Source: Mobula hypostoma (taxonomy: Eukaryota). Taken from it: 64,000 nt of DNA. Positions 49,961 through 62,235 of this stretch are shown one piece after another (position 1 is the first letter of the stretch; the number at the start of each line of letters is the position of its first letter). The position numbers and the translations under genes are program-made. The stretch lies in contig NC_086097.1 of NCBI RefSeq assembly GCF_963921235.1, forward strand, positions 16,678,001 through 16,742,000, written 5' to 3'. Below the pieces are notes generated by a model that made no database searches, was not told where the DNA came from, and worked only from the letters and a program-made list of their open reading frames with translations.

Positions 49961-50599
49961 CCTTTCTATCTTATATACTTCAAGATCATTTTACCCATTG
50001 TTAATCTTGTTGATGATCATTTCCACATGAAATTCATCACTGCACGTGTAATGAAGTAATTTGCCCTGCAGTGTGAGTTTCAGCCTGAGTGGCATACATT
50101 GAAGGTCAAGGCTTCACAAAAGAACTTTTCTTTTTGCATAGTCCATTAGAGTTGTTTAATTATTAGTTAAAGGACACTCTGCAGACATTGGGAGACCTGA
50201 CTTGGCAACTCTGAAATTGACTGCAAGTAGTTCATTCACCTTCCAAAGTCCATGAAGAATGCTCGATGCAGCACTTCACTCTTGAGCTACTTTTGCATTA
50301 GGTGCCCTAGCAGTGACAGTAATGCAGAACTCCACCATCGGAGGTTTCAAGGATGATGTGGTAGCCACTGAGAGAGACTTGAGCACCTGGGCAGGAGATC
50401 TAGACGTGTCCATTCTTCGAACTCTATTCCCAGAGATTTCTCAGATTTAGCAGGCTTTGCTTGAACCTGTATGATAAGCAACATAATCTGCAGGCTCAGA
50501 TTTTCAAAATCCGTAATTCCAGATAAGTGAACTTTTGCAGGAGTGCCATTAGCATGTCCCTCTCACCTATTGATTTCTTTGCACATGTGCAGTCCCTGG

Positions 50600-50660
50600 T
50601 GATCTTCATCATCATCTTCATCACCATCATCATCACCTTAATCATCACTATCATCCTCCC
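50600..50660 (+). repeat. Degenerate (CAT/CAC)n microsatellite
   Basis: catcatcatcttcatcaccatcatcatcacc..atcatcactatcatc. Confidence 0.6.
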
Positions 50661-50952
50661 TGACCTCTTCCCACCTGCACCATTAAGCCCCAATTTCTAC
50701 ACTGCCTTTAAAGCCACTGGACTCCATTTCCTCCCTTTAAGCTCACCAGGTTCACTACAGAACATTGTCTGCTATATCTGTTCCTGTTTTTCCTGGTCTG
50801 TGTTCTGCTATTCTGGAAGGGGAGATATGTTGGTGAAGGGGACAGGGGATGGGGAAGGTAAAACTATGGGGCCCTCACATCACACCCTGTGAAGACAAAT
50901 AAGAAGAGAGCACCACGTATATTGACCTAAAAATATCTTCATGTTGATGTAA

Positions 50953-51183
50953 CAGCACAGATAGTGTAGTGGTTAGTGCAATGCTATTACAGCTCAAAGC
51001 GTCAGGGTTTGGAGTTCAAATCCGGTGCCATCTGCATGAGTTTGTATGTTCTCTACATGGCGGGGTGATTTCCTCTGGATGCTGCGGTTTCCTGTCACAG
51101 AAACATGCGTGGTTACTAGGGCGATGCAGCTCGATGGGCTGGAAGGGTCTGTTCTGCACTGTCTCTCTAAATAAAAGAAAATA
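50953..51183 (+). mobile_element. V-SINE
   Basis: TAGTGTAGTGG A box, GAGTTCAAATCC B box, V-domain, CTCTAAATAAAA tail. Confidence 0.68.
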
Positions 51184-52307
51184 AGATAATAACACAGCTA
51201 TTCTGCCAATTTACTGAACAGGGATGTAATCATTATAATGAAATTTGTGGTGGACTTTGTATGGTCTCTGCTTGAGGAATGGCCTGTCAGCGTAAATTGA
51301 GGGATCTTCTTCACCTGATGAGGTGCTGCCTTCAGGTGGGACCCATCGCAGCCAAGCAGTAACTTTCTTAAGTTCTCACTGTTTTCATCATAATGACAAA
51401 AGGGGAATGATAGTATCCAATGTTTAGCCTCTTATACAAGGGTTGGAAACAGTAATTAATAGTGTAGTAAAGGTTGAGAGGGTGGCAAAGGAAGGGATTT
51501 TTTTGAATTGGGGCAGTGTGTTTCTGTCTTTTGTCTGTCTTCCCTCCCATGGCAAAAGTATGGCCATTGAAAAAGAACTGTTTTTAGTGGTCTGCAATCC
51601 TTTAACATACCTTGTTTGATATGACATATCATATATAAAATTTATTGCAACGTTGCTCTATTGTGTTAGAACATTTTCTTCTGGAGGGGACAATTCAAGC
51701 TGCCTCCTGTGAGGGTGTTCTTTTGGAGGTCCAGGTTAGTCTCCTCCCACCACCCCGAAACAAAATGTTCAATTTGCCTGTGTTTTATTCACTTCATCGT
51801 CACTTCTGAAAGTCTGGGATCTCTCTCTGTAGATGTATTTACTGTTGCTCTATCTGCCAATGGGAGTGTGCTACTGTATTAAACACTCACACAGCAAAGC
51901 ATTGGCATCTGTGGTGAATTTTAGCAATTCCTTATGAGTGGTAAATTCAGTAACGGTCTTCTGCACTTTTGAGCAATTTTACGACAGTTTTGTTTTGAGG
52001 TGAATATGCAAGTAGAAGTAAATACAGTGACATTTAAGCACACCAAAACTAACTGCAATCCAAAACTGCAGCATGGTTAGACCACAGTTGGAGTGTTGTA
52101 CCTAATCTGATCACCAGTGTATAAGAAGCTGTGAAGATACAAAATAGTTTGCATTCTAATAAATTAATTGGCTTTTGATATGGCTGGGTTGCACTTATCC
52201 TCTTTGCTCTCACTAGATGCTTTTAAATTGGTTTCATTTAGAAATAAGTAGTTAGGCAGTTTATGCTTGACATTGTATCAGCTTTCCAATTCCTTGTCTT
52301 CATACAG

Positions 52308-52519
52308 GTTGAAATCACTAGGGTACGGCAATCTAAATGATCTGGTCAAGCTTGGCAGCAAGTCACAAATAGCTCTCAGACTGGGACGACTTCTGTGGTG
52401 GTTACTACAAGTTTGGTAGGAAGGTCCTCCAGCTTTCAAGGGGACTTCTAGAGTGGGAGCACAAGGTTAAGTTTGTTTACAACTTAGCCAGAGGTGCAGA
52501 GCTGAAAAGTGGTCTATGG
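52308..52519 (+). pseudogene. AREL1: Relic exon C of the AREL1 N-terminal extension (LKSLGYGNLNDLVKL..fs..DWDDFCGGYYKFGRKVLQLSRG..VYNLA..fs..RAEKWSM)
   Basis: catacag acceptor, G|GTATGT donor; two compensating frameshifts; entry-frame stops at 52417 and 52468; in-frame ATG at 52516. Confidence 0.75.
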
Positions 52520-52625
52520 GTATGTGAAAATTTAGACATTCATTTAAAATATTCCGACCATTACATCTTCTTTTTCCTCAGTTTAGGGAAGAATGTGTGT
52601 CCTTAATTTCAACTCTTTCCCACAG

Positions 52626-52697
52626 TGGGAGCAGTATTTTTTACCTCTAGTGTCATACTTTGCACTGTAAGAAGAGACCTGATGATTGTCGTCATTG
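52626..52697 (+). CDS. AREL1: AREL1 exon containing the mammal-type start (V-GAVFFTSSVILCTVRRDL-MIVVI-G; ATG at 52682)
   Basis: ctttcccacag acceptor, G|GTGAGT donor; MIVVIG corresponds to human AREL1 MFYVIG and splices in phase to 54405. Confidence 0.85.
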
Positions 52698-54404
52698 GTG
52701 AGTATACTTTGAATTCCTTTCATAGGTTTCTAAAAATGAGCAGTTGAGCTCTTTGATATGATGTATACCTTTTAAAGACGTTTGTCAATCAAAAGTCAGA
52801 GCAAATTTATTATCACATATATGTCACCATATACAATCCTGAGATAAATTTTCTTGCAGGAATTTACAGGAAAATAAAGAAATACAATAGAATTTATGAA
52901 AACTAATCATAAAGAAAGACTGACAAACACTCAGTGTACAAAAGAAGCCTTTGAAAATCCATGCATGGTGATGAAAAATTTTCTGTACATTCTTTGAAAC
53001 AAGTATCCTTCAATTCCCAGCTTTTTAAAAAAAAAAAGTTTTTTGGCTTCTTTATTTGAGAGATGTTTTCTGAGTAAATTGACTTTGCTTGCCCTTAGCT
53101 CAAAAACCTAACTGGCATAGAGCTGTCAGAGGACATCCTAGGCCAGAACTTCCATAAATGCCTATTAAAAGAAAGTTTTGAGTTGCTGTAATGCTGTTCA
53201 TAAAAGTCATATAAAAATGAGAGCATCATTTACAAAGGATAACAGAATGGCGTTGTCAGGCTTCCCCGTGTAACACTACCCTGAAGCTGACAATGCTGCA
53301 GTATTGATGTGTTACAAGTTCTTACAGCTGTTGGCAATCAGCCCAACAAATGTAGAACCTGAATCTGGCATCTGAGGGGACGTACTACAATGCAAATAAC
53401 ATTTCCAACTGCTGGGGAATATGCTTTGAAATGAATGGATGCTGTGATGATGGGAGGGACAGAAAACTGTGTGCCCAGGTAATGAAGAGGACCCAAGTAA
53501 GTTGCATGCAGGGGAGGAAAATGAAGGGTAATCTGTGAGGAGAAATGCTGCAAAAATGCAGACTGTATTTTGAGAATCACTTTGGGAATGCATCTCAGTG
53601 CCCACTCCTGTTCCAGCAGGCTGAAGTTAAAGTAAACGTCTTCTCTCTTTAAGAGTGGATGTCTTTCCCAGTGTAGCACTGTGCAGCAGACTTTGAAATG
53701 TGGCAGAGTTTAGCAGCAGACTGAAATGTTCCTGGAGCTCGGAAGCTGAAAATGATTGACCTCAGTAGGCAAGGCATTTGAGGCAACCTAAAAGCAAACA
53801 CAAAACAGTGAATGTTAAAAAATTACAAGCAGAAGATGCTGGAGAAATTCAACAATTCAGAGGTGTTAGCTCTGCTTCTCTCTCCACAGTTGCTATTTGA
53901 CCTGCTGAGTGTTTTCACTATTTTCTAACTTGGTTACAGTCAAAGCAAATGAGAAGGGTTGTATTTGAGCTCCTAAGAGATCACAAGTCTGAGGCCCAAG
54001 AATGCAAGATGAATCTTAGCCTTTTAAATAGCACGATTTCATGGGAAAAGGGATTAATAATAAAAAAAAACTGTGATTTTGCAAGTAAGAATTGGTGATT
54101 TTGGATTGGTGAAGTTAACAGTTTCACTGCAGATCACACTGTTGATGTTGTTTGAGGGCAGTTTCTACATTCTCCCTGGAATTCCATGGGCTTCCTCCAA
54201 GTACTCTGGTTTCCCCTCACTTGCCAAAGATGTGCTCTTAAATTTCACCTTGTAAACATGGTTGACAGGGGAATCTTGGGAAGTTGTCATGTGTGTAAAA
54301 GGGAATAAGTTACAGTGAAAGTAATTAAGTGGAGTAGTGTGACTGATGAGAATGGTCTAAGACCTGGCATCAACTCAGTATATGATTTTTCTATCCTTGT
54401 ACAG

Positions 54405-54631
54405 GTGGAATTGCAGTTTCCATCATAGCTTTCTTCTTTACTGTGAAGTTTATTTACGAGCTCGTGGCACGGGTAATTAATTTTCTTCAAAATGACAACA
54501 GAGGAAGGCAGGGGAACCGTACCATTTACGACTATGTCCGTGGGAACTACCTGGATCCAAGGTCATGCCTAGTTACCTGGGATTGGAAGGACCCTCAGGA
54601 AGTAGGGCGTATCTTGACCTTCAGAGTACAT
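54405..54631 (+). CDS. AREL1: AREL1 exon (GIAVSIIAFFFTVKFIYELVARVINFLQNDNRGRQGNRTIYDYVRGNYLDPRSCLVTWDWKDPQEVGRILTFRVH): apoptosis-resistant HECT E3 ubiquitin ligase 1, gene continues beyond window
   Basis: gtacag acceptor, GTGTGT donor; TIYDYVRGNYLDPRSC..WDWKDP matches AREL1; FCF1-AREL1 head-to-head synteny as in human. Confidence 0.94.
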
Positions 54632-57098
54632 GTGTGTAAAAATATTTTAAATCTCTTTACTTTCAAAAGAATTGAAAAACTCAATTTATTGTATATTTGA
54701 GGGGTGTAATTAAAGCTGGCTGTAAGTAGGCAGTTTTACTATAAATGTGAAGTTTGGTATTATAATGGTGAGCTGCGGTTGCATAAATATATCCATAAGA
54801 CCTTGTAAGCAAACGCTTGCCCACATATGTAAGATTTTGATGTAAGGTGTCTTAAATATAGATTATTTGTGAAGCTGGATCTATTGAAGATGTTTTTCAT
54901 CAGTCTGAGGCACCTTTCAAAATGTTTCAAAGAATTTCACATAATTAAACAGATAAAGTTGCACAACAAGATCCAACATAACAATGGTTGTTAATATACC
55001 TGTACACGTGAACTACTGGAAGGGGCAGGCTTGGCCTCATTTTAACAATTTGTAAAAAGTAATCCTTTTAAAGTGACTATATTTACACAGACTTCTGGGT
55101 CAAATGTGAGTATTCAAGTAAACCTTCTGTTTGAGCTGCTTTCTTGAATTTCTGAAGTTGGTATAGTAGTATTCCTGCTATCCTATGAGGTAGGAAGATA
55201 GACAGACTTTCGACATAGTGACATATATTTCTAAGCAAAATTTTCTGCATGTCTTGGAGGGGAACTTTGAGACATTAGTCTTACTTTTTAACTGGAACTA
55301 TTTCCCAAAACTTTGATTCAGAGACTCTGACAGCCAAATGGTATGAAAGAAGAGGATTTTTAATCTTTCACTTTGTGAATTATAGTGCCTATCAAAAGTA
55401 TTCACCCCCCCCCCCCAGAAGTTTTCGTGTTTTATTGTTTGACAACATTGAATCACAGTGGATTTAATTTGGCTTTTTTGACACCGATTAACAGAAAAAG
55501 ACTCTTTTGTGTCAAAGTGAAAACCAATCTCTACAAAGTGATCTAAATTGCTTACAAACATAAAATACAGAATAATGGATTGCATAAGTATATACCCTCA
55601 TCAACAGTATTTAGTAGATGCACCTCTGGCAGCCATTATAGACTTCAATCTGTGTGGATAGGTCTCTATCAGCTTTGCACATCTGGACACTGCAATTTTC
55701 CCCATTCTTCTCTTCAAAGTTGCTCAAGCTCTGTCAGATTGCATGGGTATTGTGAGTGAACATCCCTTTTCAAGTCCAGCTACAACTTCTCAATTGGATT
55801 TAAGTCTGGACTCTGACTTGGCCACTCCAGGACATTAATTTTGTTGCTTCTAAGCCATTCCTGTGTAGCTTTGGCTTTATCCCTGGGGTCAGTGTCTTGC
55901 TGGAAAACAAATCTCCCAAGTTGCATTTCTCTTGCAGATTGCATCAGGTTTTCCTCCAGGATTTTCCTGTATTTCCCTGCATTTATTTTACCCTTTACCT
56001 TCACAAGCCTCCAGGGCCTACTGCAGTGAAGCATCCCCACAGCATGATGTAGTCATGACCATGCTTCACAGTAGGGATGATGTGTTTTTGATGTGCGGTG
56101 TACGGCTTACACTAAACATCATGTTTAGTCTGATGGCCAAAAAGCTCAATTTTGTTTTCATCAGACCATAGAACATTTTTCCAGCTGATGTCAGAGTCAC
56201 CCACATGCCTTCTAACAAACTCTAGCTGAGATTTCATGTGAGTTTTTTTTTCAACAATGGCTTTCTCTTTGCCATTCTCTCATAAAGCTGCAACTGGTGA
56301 AGCACCGGAGCAACAGTTGCGTGCGCAGTCTCTTCCATGTTCAGCTACAGAAGCTTGAAATGCCAGAGTTGTCATAGGTCTCTTGGTGGCCTCCCTCGCT
56401 AGTCCACTTGCACAGTCATTCAATTTTTGAGGATGACATGCTCTAGGCAGATTTACAGCTGTGCCATCTTCATAACTGAATGACTTAAATGTACTCCAAG
56501 GGATATTCAGTGACTTGAAAATTTTCTTGTATCCATCTCCTGACTTTTTTTTTAAATTTTATTTTTATTTGGATGAGGAGTTCACAATTATCATGTACTT
56601 TTTTCACACATATAACCTTTTCCATTTTTTTATATGTATAAAACTACAATTATTTATACATTCTTAAGTACACATTGAGATGATATAAAAGCAAAATAAA
56701 CATTTAAATAGATAATTATGTACTGTGGTAAATCTAACCTATTAGGCTAAGTAATGAAATTAGTTGTTAAGAAAAATGGTAATAATAGTTTCCATACAAC
56801 CCTTCTGGACCATTTCCACTGGTCCAAAATGTTGCATACAAGCCTATATACCAACCATTGTAGGTGTTTATATCCCAATTTGTTCGTGCTTGTTCCTGCC
56901 CGCAGACATAATTATCCAATCCCTATGTACTTATTTACTTAATTTTTTCATTTTTTTTTATCCCTTTCCCAAATCTTTCCCTTTACTTGTGTTAATTCTC
57001 TATTTTCCAAAAAAAAATAACAAACATTTAGACTAGGGGTGCTTACGTTAGCAATATTACTGTGTTGATGAGAAGAGCAATATAAATCATTAGGAGAG

Positions 57099-60000
57099 TC
57101 ATCTAAAGTCTGCTCGCATTGGGGTTATATATTCAATCCATTTATTCCAGATTTGATAAAATGTTTCTTTTTGAGTTCTCAGGGAGTAGGTCAACTTTTC
57201 CATTTTAAATATTTCCAAGATAATTTCGTACCAATCTTCTAATGTAGGTGGTATTGGATTTAGCCATTTTCTAGTGATTGATTTCTTACTTGCCGCTAAG
57301 AGGGCCTGCAGCAACTTTATATCTTCCTTCTGTTCAAGGAACAATACATGCCCCAAATAGAGCGTCTCAAAGTTCAGAGGTATCTGGGACCTAAGTACCT
57401 TAACTAATGTTCTATGAATACCTTCCCAAAATAGACTTAATTTAGGGCAATCCCAGAAAATATGAAAATGATTTGCCTCCTTGGAGCCGCACCTTCTCCA
57501 ACACATCACATTTGTATCTTTATATTTTTCCTGATATGGGGTCTTGAAGTATCTTATAATGTTTTTCCAACAATGTTCTCTCCAAGTCAAAGAATTAGTC
57601 GAGGACCATTGAAAGCTGCAGATTTTCCCCCAAGCCTCCTCTGAAAGTACCAACCCCGCTTCTTTCTCCCACTTCTCTTTAATATACAGTGTATTTACAT
57701 TTTTAGCATGGGAGAGTGCATTATATAGGCGAGAAACTGATTTACTAGATATTGAACTGCAAGCCGAATTCAGAATCTTGAAAAATTCTAATTCTACTGT
57801 TGATAGGTCTGTATATCTACAACTCTGGTTAACATAGTTTCGTATTTGAAGGTACCTAAAAAAGTCATTATGTTCTAGGCCATGTTTGTCCTGCAGGATT
57901 TGGAAACTTTGTAATACTCTTTTATCTATAAATGAGAGGTAGGTTGTAAGACCTTTCTTTATCCATAGCTCAAATCTTTTATCTCCTCTGTTGGGAAGGA
58001 ATTCGGTATCATATGCACACCATCTAAAGAGTTTTAACATGTTATTAATTCCACATGAATTAACCACCTTCTGCCATACTTTTAATGTAAGATTTATCCA
58101 AGCATTATTAAATTTTTCCAACTGGGCCATCAATCCTTTGTCAGCTATTGAGGCCTGAAGAGGAAAACTGTCAACTAATCCAAATTCTATTTCCTTCCAT
58201 CTAGCCTTATATTCCCTATTACACCAATATAACAGAGGGGTTATCTGTGAGGCATAAAAATAATTTCTCAGGCAAGGAAGAACCATACCTCCTCCTTCCT
58301 TCCCTAACTAAGGTGTTATATCGAATTCTAGGTTTCCTTCCTTGCCAAATGAAGCGGGAAATCCATTTGTCCCATTCCCTGAATTGATTATCATCCACCT
58401 CCACTGGTACAGTACGGAAAAGATATAATAACCGAGGAAGAATATTCATTTTTATAGTATTTATCCTTGAATTTAAACTTAAAAATGGGATAAGATTCCA
58501 TCTATGCATATCTGCTTTTATCTCTGAGATTAATGGCCCATAATTTACCTGTGACAGTGTTGAAAGATCCTTCGGCAGGGTTATTCCTAAATATTTTAAT
58601 GATTTAGCTTCCCACTTAAGATCGTATGTATCCTGCAATTTTTTTGGATGGTGTATAATTTAGGGACATAACCTGCGTTTTCTTTACATTTATTTTATAA
58701 CCTGATATTTTCCCAAAGTCATCCAACAGTGTAAACAATCCTATAAATGATTTTTCTGGTTCACTCAGATAGACCAAAACATTATCTGCGAATAACGCCA
58801 CTTTCTGTTCAATCCCTGCCACCTTGATACCTTTTACGATTTCGCTCTGTCTTATTAGTTGGGCAAGTGGTTCAATATATAGCGCAAAAAGGAGAGGAGA
58901 AATTGGGCATCCCTGTCTAGTGCCTCTCTCTAAAATGATGGAGTCAGTGAGGTCCCCATTTATCTTAATTCGGGCTGTTGGGCTGTCATACAGAGTCTGA
59001 ATTACTTTAATAAACCTTTCTTGAAAGCCGAATCTTCCTAACACTCTGTATAGGAATGCCCAACTAACCGAATCAAAAGCTTTCTCAGCGTCCAATCCTA
59101 CTACCATTGTCTCTGTCTCGTTCTTTTTAACCTGTTCTAATATGTGCAGAGTTCTCCTTATGTTGCCCTGTGTTTGTCTTTGTTGAATAAATCCAGTCTG
59201 GTCTAAATGGATTAGGCCAGGTAAAAGCTTTTCCAATCTGCGCGCTAATATAGATGTAAATAGTTTGTAATCTAAATTAAGAACACTAATTGGCCGATAA
59301 TTGCCACATTCTAGTTTATCTTTACCCTCTTTAGGAATAACTGAAATAATCGCTTCTCTCCAGGAAGGTGGAGTTTCTCCTCTCTGCAAGATCCAATTAA
59401 AGGTGTTAAGTAGTAATGGGGCTAACTGTGTCTTCAGGGACTTGTACCACTCTGAGGTAAACCCATCAGAACCCGGGGACTTTCCAGCCTTTAACCTAGA
59501 GATGGCCACGTTCAGTTCTTTGACAGTTACTGGTTCTAATAAACTTTCATTTTGTAAATCTGTAAGTTTAGGTAGATCTAAAAAATTCAATACACTGTCT
59601 ATATAGGGCTCAATGGGGGCCCGGGGTTGGGAGTACAGCTCTCGATAATACGTTTCAAAACTCTCTTGAATTTTCCCTATTGTACTCTCCACAAGCTTTG
59701 TCTTTGGATTCTTTATTTTATGAATTGTATTGTCTGCTTGTTGTTTTCGTAATTTATATGCTAATAATCTAGCTGATTTACCTCCTACTTCATAATTCTT
59801 TTGTCTCAGGTAAAGAAAATTTCTTTGAGTTTCCAACGTATAAATATCATCAATTTCACTTTGCAATTTCCTAATTTCCTGTTTTCGATTTGAATTACTT
59901 TTGTTGCTATCTCCAACTTGAAGTTGTTTTAATTTTCCTTGAAGGTCTGCTAATTTTTGTGCATTGATTTTTTTCATGTGAGTAGTAATGGAAATAATTT

Positions 60001-60886
60001 TCCCTCTCAGTACAGCTTTCAATGTATCCCATAAAATCACTGGTGATGTTTCTCCCGTGTCATTAAGGTCTAGATATTCTTTGATTTCTCCCCTTACTCT
60101 CTCCATTACTTTTGGGTTATTAAGTATATGTGAGTATAGCCTCCATAGTGTTTTCCTCATTTTCCTTTCCAGGATTAGAGACATAGAGACTGGGCTATGA
60201 TCCGACAGATCAATTGTTGCAATATTACAGTTTTTTATCCTGAGTCTATCTGTATTAAAGATAAAGAAATAGTCTATCCTTGAATAGGCTGAATGAGGGA
60301 AAGAGTAATATGTATAATCTTTACTAGTAGGGTGTAATTCCCTCCAGACATCTATAATTCCCAACTCCTCCATCAATGAATTCACTTTCCGAGTCAGAGG
60401 TTTATTCTGAGTAACTATTCTTGAAGAATCTATTATAGGATTTAATCTAATATTAAAATCCCCTCCACAAATTACTACCCCTCGAGAACTGACCATTAGG
60501 TCAAAAATGTGTCTATAAAATGACCATTCACTACCTGGAGGAGCATAAACATTCAGCAATGTTATTTCTGTACCTTCTATTCTTCCTGTGATTTTTACAA
60601 ACTGTCCTTCTTTGTCTCTAGTCTCTGAAATATGTTCATAATTAAGAGTACTTGATATTAAAGTAGCTACCCCTCTTTTGTGACTCAATTTATATGATGA
60701 ATAAAATACATGCTTAAAGCCCATTCTTTTTAATTTTCCATGTTCAGATTGGCTCATATGTGTTTCCTGGAGGAAAGCTATTTGTGCCCTCTCTTATTTC
60801 AATTTAGACATAATCTTATTTCTTTTAATTGGATTCAAAACCCCATTAACATTATAGGAAATTATTTTTACCAATTCAGTTTGCAT
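57099..60886 (-). pseudogene. L1 ORF2 (APE endonuclease, RT, CCHC), disrupted
   Basis: Starts MQTELVKIISYNVNG at 60886; TAA at 60796-60794; FLQETH, GGDFN, SRIDY, SDH; GTRQGCPISP; catalytic motif reads FADN; frameshifts near 58640 and 58310; C-terminal CWRRC..H..WDC. Confidence 0.92.
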
Positions 60887-61248
60887 TTTTCTCTAGTAGA
60901 AAAAAAGCACTCTCCTTTTCTAACCAAACAGTAAGCAATCCCTTCTCAACAGTAAACCAAGACATATAACCACACCCTAGACATTTCTGAATGTCTAACA
61001 TTTGAAAATTTTCCCCGACTTCCCACAGTGAGGCCTGAGCACCGACCCGCCTCAGTTCAGAGGGATAACCTCTATCTTCACCCTGTGTTAGAGGGCCCTC
61101 AGCAGTTTGAATAATCATAGAGAATTTTCTCCTATTTATGTCTCGACCATATTGCTATCATTCAAATTATTCCGCCTAGATTATTTTCAGTTACCAGTTT
61201 TCATTTTACTTTTAAGTCCGATTTACTCTTTTCAGTCATTTCTCTTAA

Positions 61249-62235
61249 TTAATCTGTATTCTCTGTACATTCGCATCTGAATATTTGCAGCTTTTCCTTG
61301 TAGTTTGACACTCTGGTTCGAGTGGAGCGTCCTCGCCCCACTAACTGCCACGACTTCTGCCGAATCCTCTCCAGTAGCGACTCTGGTTGGGTGATAACTT
61401 TAATAGGCAGTCCCCGGTCCGCCAGGTCCGACGTTGCCTCCTCCACCGTAGCGTAAGTTTTTGTCCCTTCGTCGTAAAAGACTCTCAGCCGAGCTGGATA
61501 CAGGGTCTGGAATCTGATGTTGTTTTCCTTCAGGACTCTCCGTGTTTCCGTATATTCCTTCCGTCTGGCAAGAATCCCCGGTGCGTAGTCGTGGTCTAAA
61601 CTGATTTTACAGTTGTTCCACATGAAACCTTTCTTTTGCCATGCTCTTTTAAGCACCTCTTCCTTCGTTCTGTAACTGAGAAATCTGATCAGAATCGATC
61701 TGGGCTGGGCGCCTGCCGGAGGCTGTGGTGCCAACGCGCGGTGAGCCCTTTCTATCTGTAGGTCTTTTGCGGCCGGTATATCAAGGTTCCCTCTAAGCAG
61801 CTTCTCCACGAAGGGAATCATCAATCCGGGTTTACCTTCCGTTCCTTCGGGAACTCCGTAGATCCTCACATTTTCCCTTCTCGAGCGGCCTTCTTGATTT
61901 ATTAGTTTCCACTGGAGTTGGTCTTGTAGCTTCAGCATTTCTGCTATCACTTCCTCGGCATTTTGTAGCTTCTCTTCAATTCCAACAATCCTCGCTTCGG
62001 CTTCATCTATCCGCGAGTTAGTTTTTACTATTTCTCCTTTAATATCTTCCAGCTGTTTGCTGTTATCTTGTCGGAACTCGCGAATCTCTCCGAGAATCAA
62101 AGACAGAGTCACCGATTCCCCCTCATTATCTCCGTCCTGGCTTGCCGTGGGGGAGCTAGGCCCTTCGCCTTGCTGCATCTCTTTATGTTTATCAGCCTTC
62201 GAAGCGGACTTTTTATTCTTGTTCTTGGACATCAT
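61249..62235 (-). CDS. L1 ORF1p (coiled coil + RRM-like, 328 aa, intact)
   Basis: EGRSRRENVRIYGVPEG, IERAHR, PRSILIRF, YPARLRV motifs. Confidence 0.92.
   Translation of the reverse strand: MMSKNKNKKSASKADKHKEMQQGEGPSSPTASQDGDNEGESVTLSLILGEIREFRQDNSKQLEDIKGEIVKTNSRIDEAEARIVGIEEKLQNAEEVIAEMLKLQDQLQWKLINQEGRSRRENVRIYGVPEGTEGKPGLMIPFVEKLLRGNLDIPAAKDLQIERAHRALAPQPPAGAQPRSILIRFLSYRTKEEVLKRAWQKKGFMWNNCKISLDHDYAPGILARRKEYTETRRVLKENNIRFQTLYPARLRVFYDEGTKTYATVEEATSDLADRGLPIKVITQPESLLERIRQKSWQLVGRGRSTRTRVSNYKEKLQIFRCECTENTD

Noticed and set aside
50496..50892. Met/Ile-rich ORFs
   Set aside because: Produced by the degenerate (CAT)n microsatellite
54443..54700. ORF-track call starting at GTG 54443 as a standalone gene
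   Set aside because: It is an internal AREL1 exon (54405-54631) plus intron read-through
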